DNA of 64,000 nt from Mobula hypostoma. Its lineage: Eukaryota. Shown in pieces: positions 10,800-23,688 of the stretch. The number at the start of each line of letters is the position of its first letter. Position 1 is the first letter of the stretch. The translations under genes and the position numbers were made by a program. The stretch is from the NCBI RefSeq assembly GCF_963921235.1, contig NC_086097.1, positions 85,438,001 to 85,502,000 on the forward strand, in the 5' to 3' direction. The notes beneath the pieces are model-generated. The model made no database searches, was not told the origin of the DNA, and saw nothing but the letters and a program-made list of their open reading frames with translations.

Positions 10800-13395
10800 A
10801 TCCCCCAGGAGATCCCCTACCCTGCTACTCCACATCCACACTTTGGGAAGTCTGATCACCTGTCTGTACTTCTACTCCCTGAGTATAGGCAGAGACTGAA
10901 GACTGCAGCAGCAGCAGTGAGGACCAAGAAGGTATGGACAAGGGAAGCACAGGAACGCCTAAAGGACTGCTTTGAATCGGTGGACCGGACTGTATTCAAG
11001 GATTCATCTTCGAATCTGGATGAGTATGCTGCAGTTGTTACCGACTTCATTAAAACCTGTGTGGATGAGTGTGTGCCGACAAAGACTTATTCTACATTCC
11101 CAACCAAAAGCTGTGGATGAGCCAGGAGTTCGTCATCTGCTGAAGGCTGGATCTGTGGCATTCAAGTCTGGTGACCCAGGCCTGTACTAGAAAACCAGGT
11201 ATGACTTGCAGAGGGCTATTTCAAGAGAAAAAAGACAATTCTGAGCAAGAGTGGAGGCGCCATTGGATGCATGTCAACTCCGGCAGGGTTTGCAGGACAT
11301 TACTTCCCACAAAGCAAAACCCAATAGCATGAATGGCTGCAATGCTTCACTACCAAATGAGCTCAACGCCTTCTATGCCTGCTTTGAAAGGGAGAATATA
11401 ACTACAGCTGTGAAGATCCCTGCTGCACTTGGTGACCCTGTCATCTCTGTCTCTGAGACCAATGTTAGGCTGTCTTTAAGGAGAGTGAACGCTCACAAGG
11501 CAGCAGATCCCGATGGAGTACCTGCTAAGGCTCTGAAAACTTGTGCCAACCAATTGGCAGGAGTATTCAAGGATATTTTTAACCTCCCACTGCTTCAAAA
11601 AAACAACAATTATACCAGTGCCTAAGAAGAATAATGTGAGTTGCCTTAATGACTATTGCCCAGTAGCACTCACATCGACAGTGATGAAATGCTTTGAGAG
11701 GTTGATCGTGACTAGAATGAGCTCCTGCTTCAGCAAGGACCTGGATGCATTGTAATTTGCCTGTCATCACAATAGGTCTACAGCAGACACAATCTGAATG
11801 ACCCTTCTCACAGCCTTAGATCACTTGCACAATACCAATGCCTATGTCAGGATGCCGTCCGTTAACTATAGCTCAGTGTTTAAGACCATCATTCCCACAG
11901 TCCTAATCAATAAGCTACAGAACCTGGGCCTCTGTATCTCCCTCTGCAATTGGATCCTCAACTTTCTAACCAGAAGACCACAATCTGTGCGGATTAGTGA
12001 TAATATCTCCTCCTCGCTGACGATCAACACTGGTGCACCTCAGGGATGTGTGCTTAGCCCATTGCTGTAATCTCTCTACAACCATGATTGTGTGGCTAGG
12101 TATAGCTCAGGTACCATCTATAGATTTGCTGATGATACAACCATTGTTGGTAGAATCTCAGAAGGAGACGAGAGGGCGTACAGGAGAGAGAAATACCAGC
12201 TAGTTGAGGGGTGATGCAGCAACAACCTTGCACTCAATGTCAGTAAGACCAAAGAGCTAATTATGAACTTCAGGAAAGGTAAGACGAGTGAACATGAACG
12301 AATCCTCATCGAGGTGTCAGAAGTGGAGAGGGTAAGCAATTTCAGGCTACTGGGTATCAAGATCTCTGAAGACCTAATCTGGTCTCAACATATCAATGCA
12401 GCTATAAAGAAAAGAAAACAGCAGCTATATTTCATTAGGAGTTTGAGAAATTTGGTTTGTCTCCTAAAACACTCAAAAACTTCTATAGATGTACCGTGGA
12501 GAGCATTCTGACAGGCTGCATCACTGTCTGGTTTGGGGAGGTGGGGGGAGAGCTACTGCACAGACAGAAAGAAGCTACAGGAAGTTATAAAATTAGTCAG
12601 CTCCATCTTAGATACAAGTCTCTGTAGTATCCAAGACAACTTCAAGGAGCGGTGCCTCAGAAAGTTGACGCCCAATATTAAGGACTCCCTTCACCTAGGA
12701 CACGCCCTCTTCTCATTGTTGTCATCAGGTAGGAGGTACAGAAGCCTAAAGGCACACACTCAGCGATTCAGGAACAGCTTCTTCCCCTCCGCCATCCGAT
12801 TCCTAAATGGACATTGAACCCATGAACACGAAGCCATTTAAAAAAATATATATATTACTTCTCTTTTTCGACTATTTTCGATGTATTTAATAAACATACA
12901 CATACTTACTGTAATAGGTTTATTTATTTATTTTTCTTTCTATATTTTCATGTATTGCAATATTTATTCACAGACAAGAGAAAATCTGCAGATGCTAGAA
13001 ATCTGCGCAACACACACAAAATGCTGGAGGGACTCAGCAGGCCAGGCATCATCTGAGGACAAAAGAACAGTCGAAGTTTCAAGCCTTCCCGCCAAAGGGT
13101 TGCAGCCTAAAATGTCGACTGTACTTTTTTCCATTGATGCTGCCTGGCCTGCTGAGTTCCTCCAGCATTTTGTATGTGTTGTTCGCAATATTTATTATTT
13201 GTTTATATTTTTGTCTTTGCACAATTTGTTGTCTTTTTCTCATTGATTATTTGTCCCGCCTTTTTCATGGCAGTTTTTCATTGATTGTATTGCGTCTCCT
13301 TGTATTTATTGTGAATGTCACAAGAAAATAAATCTCAGGGTACTTTATGGTGACATATATGTACTTTGAGATTAAATTTGCTTTGAACTTTGAAC
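10800..13395 (+). mobile_element. Rex1/Babar-like LINE, 5'-truncated and degenerate
   Basis: [94 protein letters not shown] tail. Confidence 0.88.
12969..13184. mobile_element. Foldback insertion made of two inverted Penelope-like terminal fragments
   Basis: Arms CAACACACACAAAATGCTGGAGGGACTCAGCAGGCCAGGCA / TGCCTGGCCTGCTGAGTTCCTCCAGCATTTTGTATGTGTTG. 12-bp TSD GCAATATTTATT (12957-12968 / 13185-13196). Confidence 0.85.
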
Positions 13396-13593
13396 ATCCT
13401 TCTGGAAAACAAATTTACTGTAAGTACATCATCAGGATCAACCAGCCCAAGCTTAAATCTACAGTATGTCCAACCAAGCTACAATGTCCTGAAATGTTGT
13501 CTTCCCCAGTACACACACTTGACCACACATGAGCATCACGCTTATTAAAAAATTCATGCAGTTAGACACCATCTTTCATGCTAAGGTTATTAA

Positions 13594-14132
13594 TTTACTG
13601 CACTCACAGTGTGTTAAAACCTTCTCAAAAATCACCCGCTGGAAGCTTTCTTTAGTGTTTTTAATGAGAAAACATTGTAACGTTGCAGAATGTTAAGTAA
13701 CACACACGTTTTAAATTCAATACAGAATCATCATGTGGCTGAATGTACAAACACTATCAATTATTCTCACGATCAGTGTTAACCAGGGTAATACACACAT
13801 GCAACATTCCATAACTATGTCGTGTAGAGCAGTGAACTTGCAGCCCAATGATAGCTTAATAGCGATAAACAATAAAGATAATACTTCCTTCAAAGTATAT
13901 CTACTAAATGTTTACCAATATTAAGAACGCTTAAGGCCCATGGAGATTGCTGTTTCAAGGGCAAATAAAGAGTGGATGGAGATGGATGTCTTTCTACCGT
14001 TTTTTCTCTAAGTTGAAATCCAAATGAACCTGTGCAGTAAATGAGGTAAAACAAAGGCTTGCAAACAGGAAGTGATATTTATACAAAATGAATGCATACA
14101 AAAAAATTAACAGTGCCTCTAGAGATAGAACG
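13594..14132 (-). repeat. 3' LTR of the BEL/Pao element
   Basis: Aligns with 19148-19284 plus 21458-21868 (shared GTTAACCAGGGTAATACACA and GCGATAAACAATAAAGATAATACTTCCTTCAAAG). Confidence 0.85.
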
Positions 14133-14407
14133 CTCTCTGTCTGACATTCATGATGACAAACTTAACCACTGAAACTAAAAGTCAAATGACCATTTCATTA
14201 TGTCTTTGATTAAAAAAAAGGACAGTCTCAAGAGAATGGTCTTAAGCCATCTTACTGCACAGTTCTTCACCATTCTCACTTTGAAAATGCCGTCCTTGAT
14301 AAAACACTTGCTCGTGGTAGTGTCTGATGAGCAGACCGGTAACACAGTGCTCATTCAAAATGATGACTGGAGAAGGTACCTCTGAAGTGAGTTGTGACCT
14401 CGTAATA

Positions 14408-15074
14408 CGTCGTCGTGGTGGTGGCTATCCCTCGAGGTCAAGGATGATGGTCTTCGTTCTGTTGATCTACTTATGGGTTCTCAAGTGGCTTATGAGTCCA
14501 ATGTTGGCTTTGAAAGTTCTTCCACATTCAGGGCAGGTAGTTCCAGATGGCAGATCGGGCTTTGGTTGTTGCTGCCTCTCTTTCCATTTTCTTCTCTTTT
14601 CTTCTAATTCTGCACATCTGTTGGCTTCAAAAGTTGCTGTTCCTTCTCAGATGATGGCTTGCCAGAGTTTCCTGTCCTTGGCATTGGTTTCCCAATTGGT
14701 GATGTCGATGTTACATTTCTTCATGTTGGCCTTTAAGACGTCTTTGAATCTCTTCTGTTGTCCGCCTCTTTTACGTTTGCCTTCTTTAAGCTGGGAGTAG
14801 AAGATTTGTTTCGGCAGACATTCGTCTTTCATCCGAACAACATGACGGCTCCATCTTAGTTGGTTCTTGATGACGTAGGCTTCAATGCTTGTTGTTTTTG
14901 CTTCATTTAACACACTGGCGTTGGTTCTTCTATCTTCCCAGCTGATATTTAAGATGTTTCGAAGACAGCGTTGATGGAACTTTTCAAGTGCCTTCAGATG
15001 TCGTCGGTATGTTGTCCAGGTTTCTGATGCATACAGGAGCGTTGGGATTACCACTGCTTTGTACACTAACACAT
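14408..15074 (-). mobile_element. RTE-clade LINE 3' fragment nested in BEL pol
   Basis: VYKAVVIPTLLYASETWT..LRW..LPKQIFYSQL..GGQQKRFKD. (ACG)n/(CCA)n tail. 10-bp TSD CCTCGTAATA (14398-14407 / 15075-15084). Confidence 0.9.
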
Positions 15075-15547
15075 CCTCGTAATATATCCTTCAACTCACT
15101 GTAGTCGCTCAGAAGCAAGAGTTCACTAGGTACCTTGAACTGGAAGAGGCTCCTGCTTTGTGATGCACTGCACTTACTCTGAATACACTAGGCTTTGAAC
15201 AACAAGAAGGATTCTAACCTTCACCCAATTCAGTTGCTCTGTGCTGAGAAGTTGCTTACAAATGTGCCAATCACTACAAAGGCTGTCTTTGACTACTCCT
15301 ACAATATTCCCTTTAATATAGATAGGACTCTCACAGGGTCCGAAATGAGTTAGGCACCCATTCTTCAGGACATTAGTCTTAAATGCACTGACAGTGGGCT
15401 GATGAGCACCATCAAGGCAGACTTCACCCACCATGACCCAATCCAGATCCGGTCATTGGGCATAAGGTGCATTATGCTGACCATTGAGCTGTTCACGTAT
15501 CTTATGTGCACAGACAGTGTCTCTGCCAAGCAGCAGGAGAATCTCAG

Positions 15548-17831
15548 AATCAGAATCAGGATCAGGTTTATTATCACCGGCATGTGACGTGAAATTTGTT
15601 AATTTAGCAGTAGCAGTTCAATGTAACACATAATCTAGAAGAAGAAAAATAAAATAATGATAATAATAAATAGATAACTCAATCAATCAATTACAATATA
15701 CATATATTGAAAAGATTAAAAATGTGCAAAAATTAGAAATACTGTATATTTAAAAAAGTGAGGTAGTGTTCACTGGTTCAATGTCCATTTAGGAATCGGA
15801 TGGCTGAGGGGAAGAAGCTGTTCCTGAATCACGGAGTGTGTGCCTTCAGGCTTCTGTATCTCCTACCTGATGGTAATAATGAGAAAAGGGCATGCCCTGA
15901 GTGCTGGACGTCACTAATAGAGGACGCTGCCTTTCTGAGACACCGCTCCCTGAAGATGTCCTGGGTACTTTCTAGGCTAGTGCCCAAGATGGAGCTGACT
16001 AGATTCACAACCCTCTGCAGCTTCTTTCGGTCCTGTGCAGTAGCCCCTCCCCCCCCAACATACCAGACAGTAATGCAGCCTGTCAGAATGCTTTCCATGG
16101 TACATCTTGAGAAGTTTTTGAGTGTATTTGCTGACATGCCAAATCTCTTCAAACCCCTAATGAAGTATAGCTGCTGTCTTGCCTTCTTTATAACTACATC
16201 AATATGTTGGCACTGAGGAGTGCAGTGGAACAGAGGGATCTGGGAATACAGATACAAAATTCCCTAAAAGCAGCGTCACAGGTAGATAGGGTCATGAAGA
16301 GAGCTTTTGGTACATTGGCCTTTATTAATCAAAGTATTGAGTATAAGAGCTGGAATGTTATGATGAGGTTGTATAAGGCATTGGTGAGGCCGAATCTGGA
16401 GTAGTGTGTTCAGTTTTGGTCACCAAATTACAGGAAGGATATAAATAAGGTTGAAAGAGTGCAGAGAAGGTTTACAAGGATGTTGCCGGGACTTGAGAAA
16501 CTCAGTTACAGAGAAAGGTTGAATAGGTTAGTACTTTATTCCCTGGAGCATAGAAGAATGAGGGGAGATTTGATAGAGGTATATAAAATTATGATGGGTA
16601 TTGATAGAGTGAATGCAAGCAGGCTTTTTCCACTGAGGCAAGGAGAGAAAAAAACCAGAGGAAATGGGTTAAGGGTGAGGGGGGAAAAGTTTAAAGGGAA
16701 CATTAGGGGGGGCTTCTTCACACAGAGAGTGGTGGGAGTATGGAATGAGCTGCCAGATGAGGTGGTAAATGTGTGTTCTTTTTTAACATTTAAGAATAAA
16801 TTGGACAGATACATGGATGGGAGGTGTATGGAGGGATATGGTCCGTGTGCAGGTCAGTGGGACTAGGCAGAAAATGGTTCGGCACAGCCAAGAAGGGCCA
16901 AAAGGCCTGTTTCTGTGCTGTAGTTTCTATGGTTTCTATGGTTGGGACCAGGTTAGATCCTCAGAGATCTTGACACCCAGGAACTTGAAGCTGCTCATTC
17001 TCTCCACTTCTGATCCCTGTTTGAGGATTGGTATGTGTTCCTTCATCTTTCACAATCAGTTCTTTCATCTTACTGACGTTGAGTGCCAGGTTGTTGCTGG
17101 GCACCACTCCACTAGTTGGCATATTTTACTCCTGTATGCCCTCTCGTCACCACCTGAGATTCTATCAACAATAGTTGCATCATCAACAAATTTATGGATG
17201 GTATTTGGGCTATGCCTAGCCACACAGTCATGTGTATATCGGGAGTAGAGAGGTAGACTAAGCACACACCCCTGAGGTGCACCAGTGTTGATTGTCAGTG
17301 AGGATGATATCTTATCACCAATCTGCATAGATTGTGATCTTCTGGTTAGGAAGTCCAGGATCCAATTGCAGAGGGAGGTACAGAGGCCCAGGTTCTGCAA
17401 CTTCCCAATCAGGATTGTGGGAATGACGGTATTAAATGCTGAACTATAGTCGATGAACAGCATCCTGACATAGGTGTTTGTGTTGTCCAGGTGGTCTAAA
17501 GCTGTGTGGAGAGCCATTGGGATTGCGTCTACCATTGACCTGTTCTGGTGATAGGTAAATTGCAATGAGTCCAGGTCCTTGCTGAGGCAGGAGTTCAGTC
17601 TAGTCATGACCAACCTCTCAAAGCATTTCATCACTGTCGATGTGAGTGCCACCGGGCGACAGTCATTTAGGCAGGCCACATTATTCTTCTTAGGCACTGG
17701 TATAATTGTTGCCTTTTTGAAGCAAGTGGGAACTTCCGTCCGTAGCAGTGAGAGGTTGAAAATGTCCTTGAATGCTCCCACTAGTCAGTTGGCATAGGTT
17801 TTCAGAGCCTTATCAGGTACTCCATCTGGAC
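15548..17831 (-). mobile_element. Rex1/Babar-like LINE nested in BEL pol
   Basis: ORF 17065..17781 RT ([37 protein letters not shown]). (GATTCT)n tail. CTCAG repeated at both junctions. Confidence 0.88.
16211..16940 (+). mobile_element. CR1 3' fragment nested in the Rex-like LINE
   Basis: EQRDLGIQ..LYKALVRPNLE..QRRFTRMLPG..FFTQRVVGVWN. TTTCTATG tail. Host sequence ATGTTGG|GACCAGG is split, with GTTGG duplicated. Confidence 0.9.
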
Positions 17832-19284
17832 CTCAGCAGAAGAGTTGAGTGCGAAGACCTTGTTAGCTATGGTCTTAAGGAATTAGAATTTCATCCCTGT
17901 TGTTGGGAATATGGTCACATTCAATGAGACTTGGCAGGGTAAACAGACCTCCCCTCCTGTTGACTCTGTGACAAATCCACCTGCTCTGCTTCCATTAATT
18001 TCTAATGATCCAGAAAATGTCCTTAGAATGTATAGGGAAGTAACTAAATCTGATGGATTCTCAGCCGGTTCGCTACCGTGCTCTGCTGTGGGTGTACTAA
18101 AACCAGTAGCCCAAAATGCTGGCCCTGAATTTACAGCTGTATCTGGGTCTAATTTTTCTAAAATGTCAATCGGTTCTTGGCTCAGATTCCTGGACACTAC
18201 TGGCACTTGATACATCATGCGTCCATTTGCGTCCTGCAATATATTGTTCCTGCTTCTCCAGTTCTCCCGTGCTACTCTCCTCATATTGTCCAGCACTCTC
18301 CGGATGACTGTCTTGTCCGCATTCGGACTGACACTGCCTCAGGGCTTCTCTGGCCAAACTCAGCATCTCAGTCAAACTGTTGTCCAATGGTAATTTATCA
18401 CCACAGCCAGGTCGGCGAGTGAGAGCTGTGCAGGTGGCTCTGCAGTAGCTTCTGTTGAAAGGTGAACCACTGATGTGCTTGATGCACTCTTCACCCCATG
18501 TCTGCTCTTATTAAGTGGTGGACACCCAAGTGTTTCCAAGCTGGATGACCTTGTGTACTTCTCACTTTCTACCTTAAATAAGGACTCATTTTTCTTTGGG
18601 TTTGAATCTGAAGCAAGTTTGGAGGGAGGACTGGGAAGAAAAAATTCAGTGTGAAGCATGAAAGAAAGCTGGTTCTTACTTTGTCTGATTTCATCCTCTG
18701 TTGAGCTCCCATGTCACTGACTTTCATCAGTGGCTTGTTCTAAGTCAACTGCTGCTTCATACACCTTTGTCTCTGCTAAGGCAGCCCCAGCTCCACACTT
18801 CTGAGTACACTTAGATAAGCTTCTACGTATGCTGCCTCCATGTTTATGCACCCTCTCTCTGTGCATATACTAGCTTTCTCCATGTCCATACGGTCTATAT
18901 GAACTTTTTCCATTAGCACTTCAACTTCATGCTTAGTAAACGCTGCTCTCATTCCTGCTGCTCCAGCTCTGGTACGGGCTCATGGTGCAGCTCTGCTAAT
19001 TATGGGTTTACTTGAGCATCACATAGACGCAATTGTTCCCCCATGTTCTGACATAACTTCCAGAGCTCAAAGAAGGACATTGCTGGGTTCAGATGTTGAC
19101 ATTGTGTATAACGTTCAGATGTGAAGACAGGTTACCGTGTCTTTCATTCTAGTGCCCTCACAGTGCATTGTGTACAAATTTAGGCAGGGAGTCTAAAACC
19201 TCCTCAAAAATCACACGAGGTGGAAGCTTTCTTCAGGACTTTCAAGTAGAAACCCTAGTGAAACTGCAGGAGGTTAAGTTCATA

Positions 19285-21457
19285 CCAGCTGTGTGGTGAA
19301 AAAGGCACAACAGCGCCTCTTTCACCTCAGACAGTTGAAGAAGTTTGGTATGGCCCCCCAAATTCTAAGAACTTTCTATAGGGGCATGATTGAGAGCCTC
19401 TATAGAAAGGAGCCTGGTATGGGAACTGTACTTCCCTCAGTTGCAGGACTCTGCAGAGAGTGGTGTGGATAGCTCAGTGCACCTGTAGATGTGAACTTCC
19501 CACTATTGAGGACATCTACAAAGACAGGTTGACAAAAAGGGCCAAAGGATCATTGGAGACCCGAGTCACCCAACCACAAACTGTCTCAGCTGCTACCATC
19601 TGGGAAACGGCACCACAGCATGAAAGCCAGGACCAACAGGCTCCAAGACAGCTTCTTCCACCAGGCCGTCAGACTGATTAATTCATGCTGATGCTACTGT
19701 ATTTCTATGTTATATTGACTATCCCATTGTCTGTCTGTCTAGGTACCATATCCGACGCAGACTTTGGTGACCATGGTTTTCCATATAGATCTATCCTTTG
19801 TTTTTTGGATGACTTCCATTTCCTCGATGTGTAGCCACCTGGCTATGCTTTTGATGTACATAAGCTGAGGTCTTCCTCTAGGTTTGCTCCCCTTCTACTT
19901 CATCTTTCCACATGATTTGTCCTAGGAATCTGAGTTGTCTTTCTCTTATTGTTGGTATGAGTGATCGAACTGCTTGGGCTCTTCAGGGAACTTCTTCATT
20001 TGATGTGTGTGTGATCCATGATATTTTTAACATTCTCCTGTAGAACCATAATTCAGCTGCTTCTAGTCTCTTTTCCATTGCTGGAGAAATGGTCCAGCAT
20101 TCACTTCCATAAGTCAGGATAGAATAAATGTAGCACTGCAGTATTCTGTTTTTAGTGTGCGTGCTCATCTTTCTGTCTGTTAATACGGTCTTCATTTTTT
20201 GGAAAGCTTCTTTCGCCGTTGCTATTCTGTATTTGATATCTGTGTCACACCTGCGATTACTTGTTATTAGGCTGCCAAGATATTTGAATTTGTTGACTTG
20301 TTTGATGTTTGTATTTCCGATCTTGATCACACATTGTGGGATGTTTGTCTTTCTGGAGATGACCGTGCTTTCTGTCTTCTTGGTGTTGATTGAGAGGCCT
20401 CTGCAATTACTTTCTGCTGCCACTATAGTGAGTAGTTCCTGATGTTAATTATGAACAAAAAGGAAATCCTAAACAGATGGACGGAATATATAAAAGAACT
20501 TTTTGAAGACCAAAGAGGAGAAAAACCGAACATAAAGAAGAATCTTGAAGGACCTAGCATTCTAAAATCAGAAGTTCGAGCAGCCGTAAATAAAACAAAA
20601 CATAACAGAGCAACTGGTCCAGACAACATCGCTGTTGAAATGATACTGGCCTTAGAAGATTTTGGAATAGAGAAAATAAAAGAAATAGCAAATGAAATCT
20701 ATGATCATGGGGAGATACCTGATGATTTAAGTAAATCAGTGTTCATCACACTTCCAAAGAAAGAGAGAGCAACAGAATGTGAGTTACATCATACAATAAG
20801 CCTGATGAGCCACGTGGCAAAAATTATTCTCAGAGTAATCATGATGAGAGCAAGACGCTGTATAAAACCAGAAATCAGTAAAGAACAATGCGGCTTTGTG
20901 GGAAACACTGGAACCAGAAATGCAATTTTCATGCTACGGATGATCTGTGAATGAGCCATACAGGTACAAAAAGACATCTACCTATGTTTCATTGACTATA
21001 CAAAAGCTTTTGACACTGTCAGACAGCAAGATCTTCTGGAAATGCTTCAAGATCTTGACATAGATGAGAAAGATGTACGCTTCTTGAGAAACTTATACTG
21101 GGACAGCATCCATCAGAATAGAAGGAGGAGTGAGTGAGTATGTGAATATCATGAGAGGAGTCAGGCAAGGTTGTGTCTTTTCGCCAGACCTATTCAACCT
21201 GTATTGTGAAAATATCTTGAGAAGTATCAAAGACAACAAAGGATTCACAATTGGAGGCCATAATATAAATAACATCAGATATGCTGATGACATCGTACTA
21301 ATAGCTGACTCAGAAACAAAACTTCAAGAACCTGCTGTACATAATACTTATTATAAATTACTATAAATCGCTCATTGCACGTTTAGATGGAGACATAAAG
21401 TAAAGATTTTTATTCCTTATGTATTTGAAGAATGTAAGTAATAATAAAGTCAATTCA
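19285..21457 (+). mobile_element. Rex1/Babar-like 3' fragment inserted in the BEL 5' LTR and itself interrupted by an RTE
   Basis: VKKAQQRLFHLRQLKKFGM..RLQDSFFHQAVRL. 3' UTR resumes at ~21331 and ends AATAAAGTCAATTCAA. Same family as 40975-41493. Confidence 0.8.
19729..21330 (-). mobile_element. RTE-clade LINE with an inverted 5' segment
   Basis: 19729-20442 minus: QELLTIVAAES..INTKKT..FKYLGS..LTYGSECW, (AGAC)n tail. 20443-21330 plus: RWTEY..ATGPDNI..EQCGF..GVRQGCVFSP..RYADD..ETKLQE. Confidence 0.88.
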
Positions 21458-22829
21458 AAAATACATATTAAATTCACAAATCGTTGTGTGGCTGAATATA
21501 TTAATGCTATCAATTATTGTCTCCTTCCACGTTAACCAGGGTAATACACATGTGCAACGTTCCATAGCTATGTCGTGTAGACCAGAGTGAACTTGTGGCT
21601 CAATGATAGCTTAACGGCGATAAACAATAAAGATAATACTTCCTTCAAAGCACATCTATTAAAGGTTTATCCACATTAAGAAAGTTTAAGGCTCACAGAT
21701 ATTGCTGTTTCAAGGACAAAGAAAGAGCGGATGGAGATGCATCTCTTTCTACCATGTTTGCTCCAAGTCAATATCCAAATTAACCCATGCAGGAAATTAT
21801 GTAAAAATTAGCTTACAAACAGGAAATTATGTTTATACAAAACGAGCAGTGTCTTTAGAGGCAGAACAATTAACAACCCCTTTAAAAGCAAGCCGGTTAA
21901 CCGTTACTTCTGGTTCCACCCTCTTACCCATCTGTGCGTGGGAAAAGGATAGCAGTCCACCATTTTCTGTCCATTTTGTAATCTGCATCACCATCCAGAA
22001 ATATATCAGTATTTATTTCAGGACAGCAGTAGATGCAAATTCAATCATTATCCTGAACCAATGAAATCAAAGGCATTAAAGATTTATTTCTGCCGGGAAA
22101 AAATTGCTAAGCTCAATTAATATGGAAATGAAAGCTGTGTAGAAACATAGGGGGACATCACATACCTACTACAAACTGTTAATAGCCATGTATACTTGTG
22201 CTTGTTCTATCTCTAACCTGCTCTGACACAGCCACGTAGCGTTTGGTTGAATGGGAGAATGTATACTGCATGTGCCCTGGATTAACTTAGACATCACTCA
22301 ATAGGAACAGTCAGTCACTACCTGGTCAGAACAGGGTCCTGATCAAATGAGTATTTGATTCTTTCAAGTGTTGTTTCTCAGCCCTAACAACTAATTTTTG
22401 ATGCTTGATATGGGATCTTCCTTTGCAATCTCCATGGTTTTGTTGGTTATCCACTGGTCATTCCCTGATAGAGTGGGCGAGAAAATGGCAGCAATAAACA
22501 GCCACCTGGAAAACCTATTCACTGTTTCGTCCCTGGCGATATCACAGAGAAGGAATTTGAAGTGGCAGTGCTGACAATTTGCAATAAGTGGGTGGAACTG
22601 AGTTATCAGCATGAGCACAGCTCATCTGGCTGCAAGGAAAGGTAGCTTTCTTGAAATAGCACCGAGGGTTTAATTAGACCCATGGCTTAGCATAATTGTT
22701 TCAAAGGCTTGGGGCCCTTTCCTTTACTTTTATCATAAATAAGAGGTCTAACTGGAATTAGAAATGTGAAAGTGAAGCAGACAAGATTAGGAAGATAACA
22801 TGCCTGAAATGGTGACATATTAAGCTTTA

Positions 22830-23080
22830 TGAGTTTGTTCATTTGTTATGCGCTGTGTTGTATGACGTGGGCGATCATGGTCTTTCCATATTTGTTCCTG
22901 ACATATTTTTCTACAGAAGTGGTTTGCCATTGCCTTCTACTGGGCAGTGTCTTTACAAGATGTGTGACCCCAGCCATTATCAATATCCTTCAGCGATTGT
23001 CTGTCTGGCGTCGGTGGTTGTATAACAAGGACTTGTGATATGCACCAGCTACTCATACGACCATCCACCACCTGCTCCCA
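22830..23080 (-). mobile_element. RTE-related short non-autonomous retroposon/SINE fragment
   Basis: CAGAAGTGGTTTGCCATTGCCTTCT, a motif typical of RTE-derived SINEs. Confidence 0.55.
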
Positions 23081-23499
23081 TAGAGTTCAGCAGAAGCAAT
23101 TCTAAGATATATTTCTTTCTGGAATAGTTGTGCTCATTACATCATTTTGCCTGAAGTACAGGAAACCTTATACTGATATTTTGACAGAAACAGATAAGTT
23201 CTTTTAAAATCTGTCCAAAATGAATTGAAGTCACCTCTCAAAGTAAAGGAACAATTTAAGATAAAAGCAGCATTGCAAAGAAGGTTTTTAGAATTGCATT
23301 TTATTGCAGGCTTCTGGGTTCAAATAAAAGCTAGGATGAAAGTGTTTGCCAGTGTTAAGGATCCTACGTGATGTGCAACCCTAGCTGCAGGCTCACGGTA
23401 GAAAACTGCCCTGATTGGAAATGACTGCTAATATTACTCAAGGGAAATGGTCTGACTCCTGAGCCTTAGATGTGATAGTTGGGATGTCTAATTGACAAA

Positions 23500-23688
23500 G
23501 ATGAGAGAGAGAGAGGGAGGGAGAGAGAGGGAGAGGGAGGGGGAGGGAGAAATGAAGGGAAAGAAGAGTGAAGAAAGATTGAAAGAAAGAATAGAGAGGA
23601 AGAAAGACAGAGAGGAAGAGAGAGAAAAAGGGGAGAGGGAAGGAGAGGGAGAAGGAGAAAGAATAAAAGATGGAGAGGGAGGGAAGGG
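23500..23688. repeat. Polypurine (GA/GGA-rich) low-complexity tract
   Basis: About 190 bp that are almost exclusively A/G on the plus strand. Confidence 0.9.

Larger units (their letters stand above)
13594..21868 (-). mobile_element. BEL/Pao LTR retrotransposon relic, internally deleted, with nested LINE insertions
   Basis: Two homologous LTRs; TSD ATTAA (13589-13593 / 21869-21873); PPT-like CAGACAGAGAG. Minus-strand peptides RAAFTKHEVEVLMEK..LAETKVYEAAV (gag N-terminus), LPSLIECDHIPNNRDEI, ILLLLGRD..NAPYAQ..DWVMVGEVCLDGAH, CSDWHIC, PVIILNEHCVTGLLIRHYHEQVFYQGRHF (integrase zinc-binding region). Confidence 0.88.
19148..21868 (-). repeat. 5' LTR of the BEL/Pao element, split by insertions (segments ~19148-19284 and ~21458-21868)
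   Basis: Begins TGTTCT on the minus strand at 21868; homologous to 13594-14132. Confidence 0.8.

Noticed and set aside
17883..18659. Apparently novel ORFs or a captured host gene
   Set aside because: They lie between BEL/Pao gag-like and post-protease motifs inside the two LTRs, so they are best explained as decayed polyprotein.
22470..22645. Open plus-strand stretch (..KPIHCFVPGDITEKEFEVAVLTICNKW..) ending at AG|GTAGCT
   Set aside because: No recognisable homology, weak splice signals and no partner exons.
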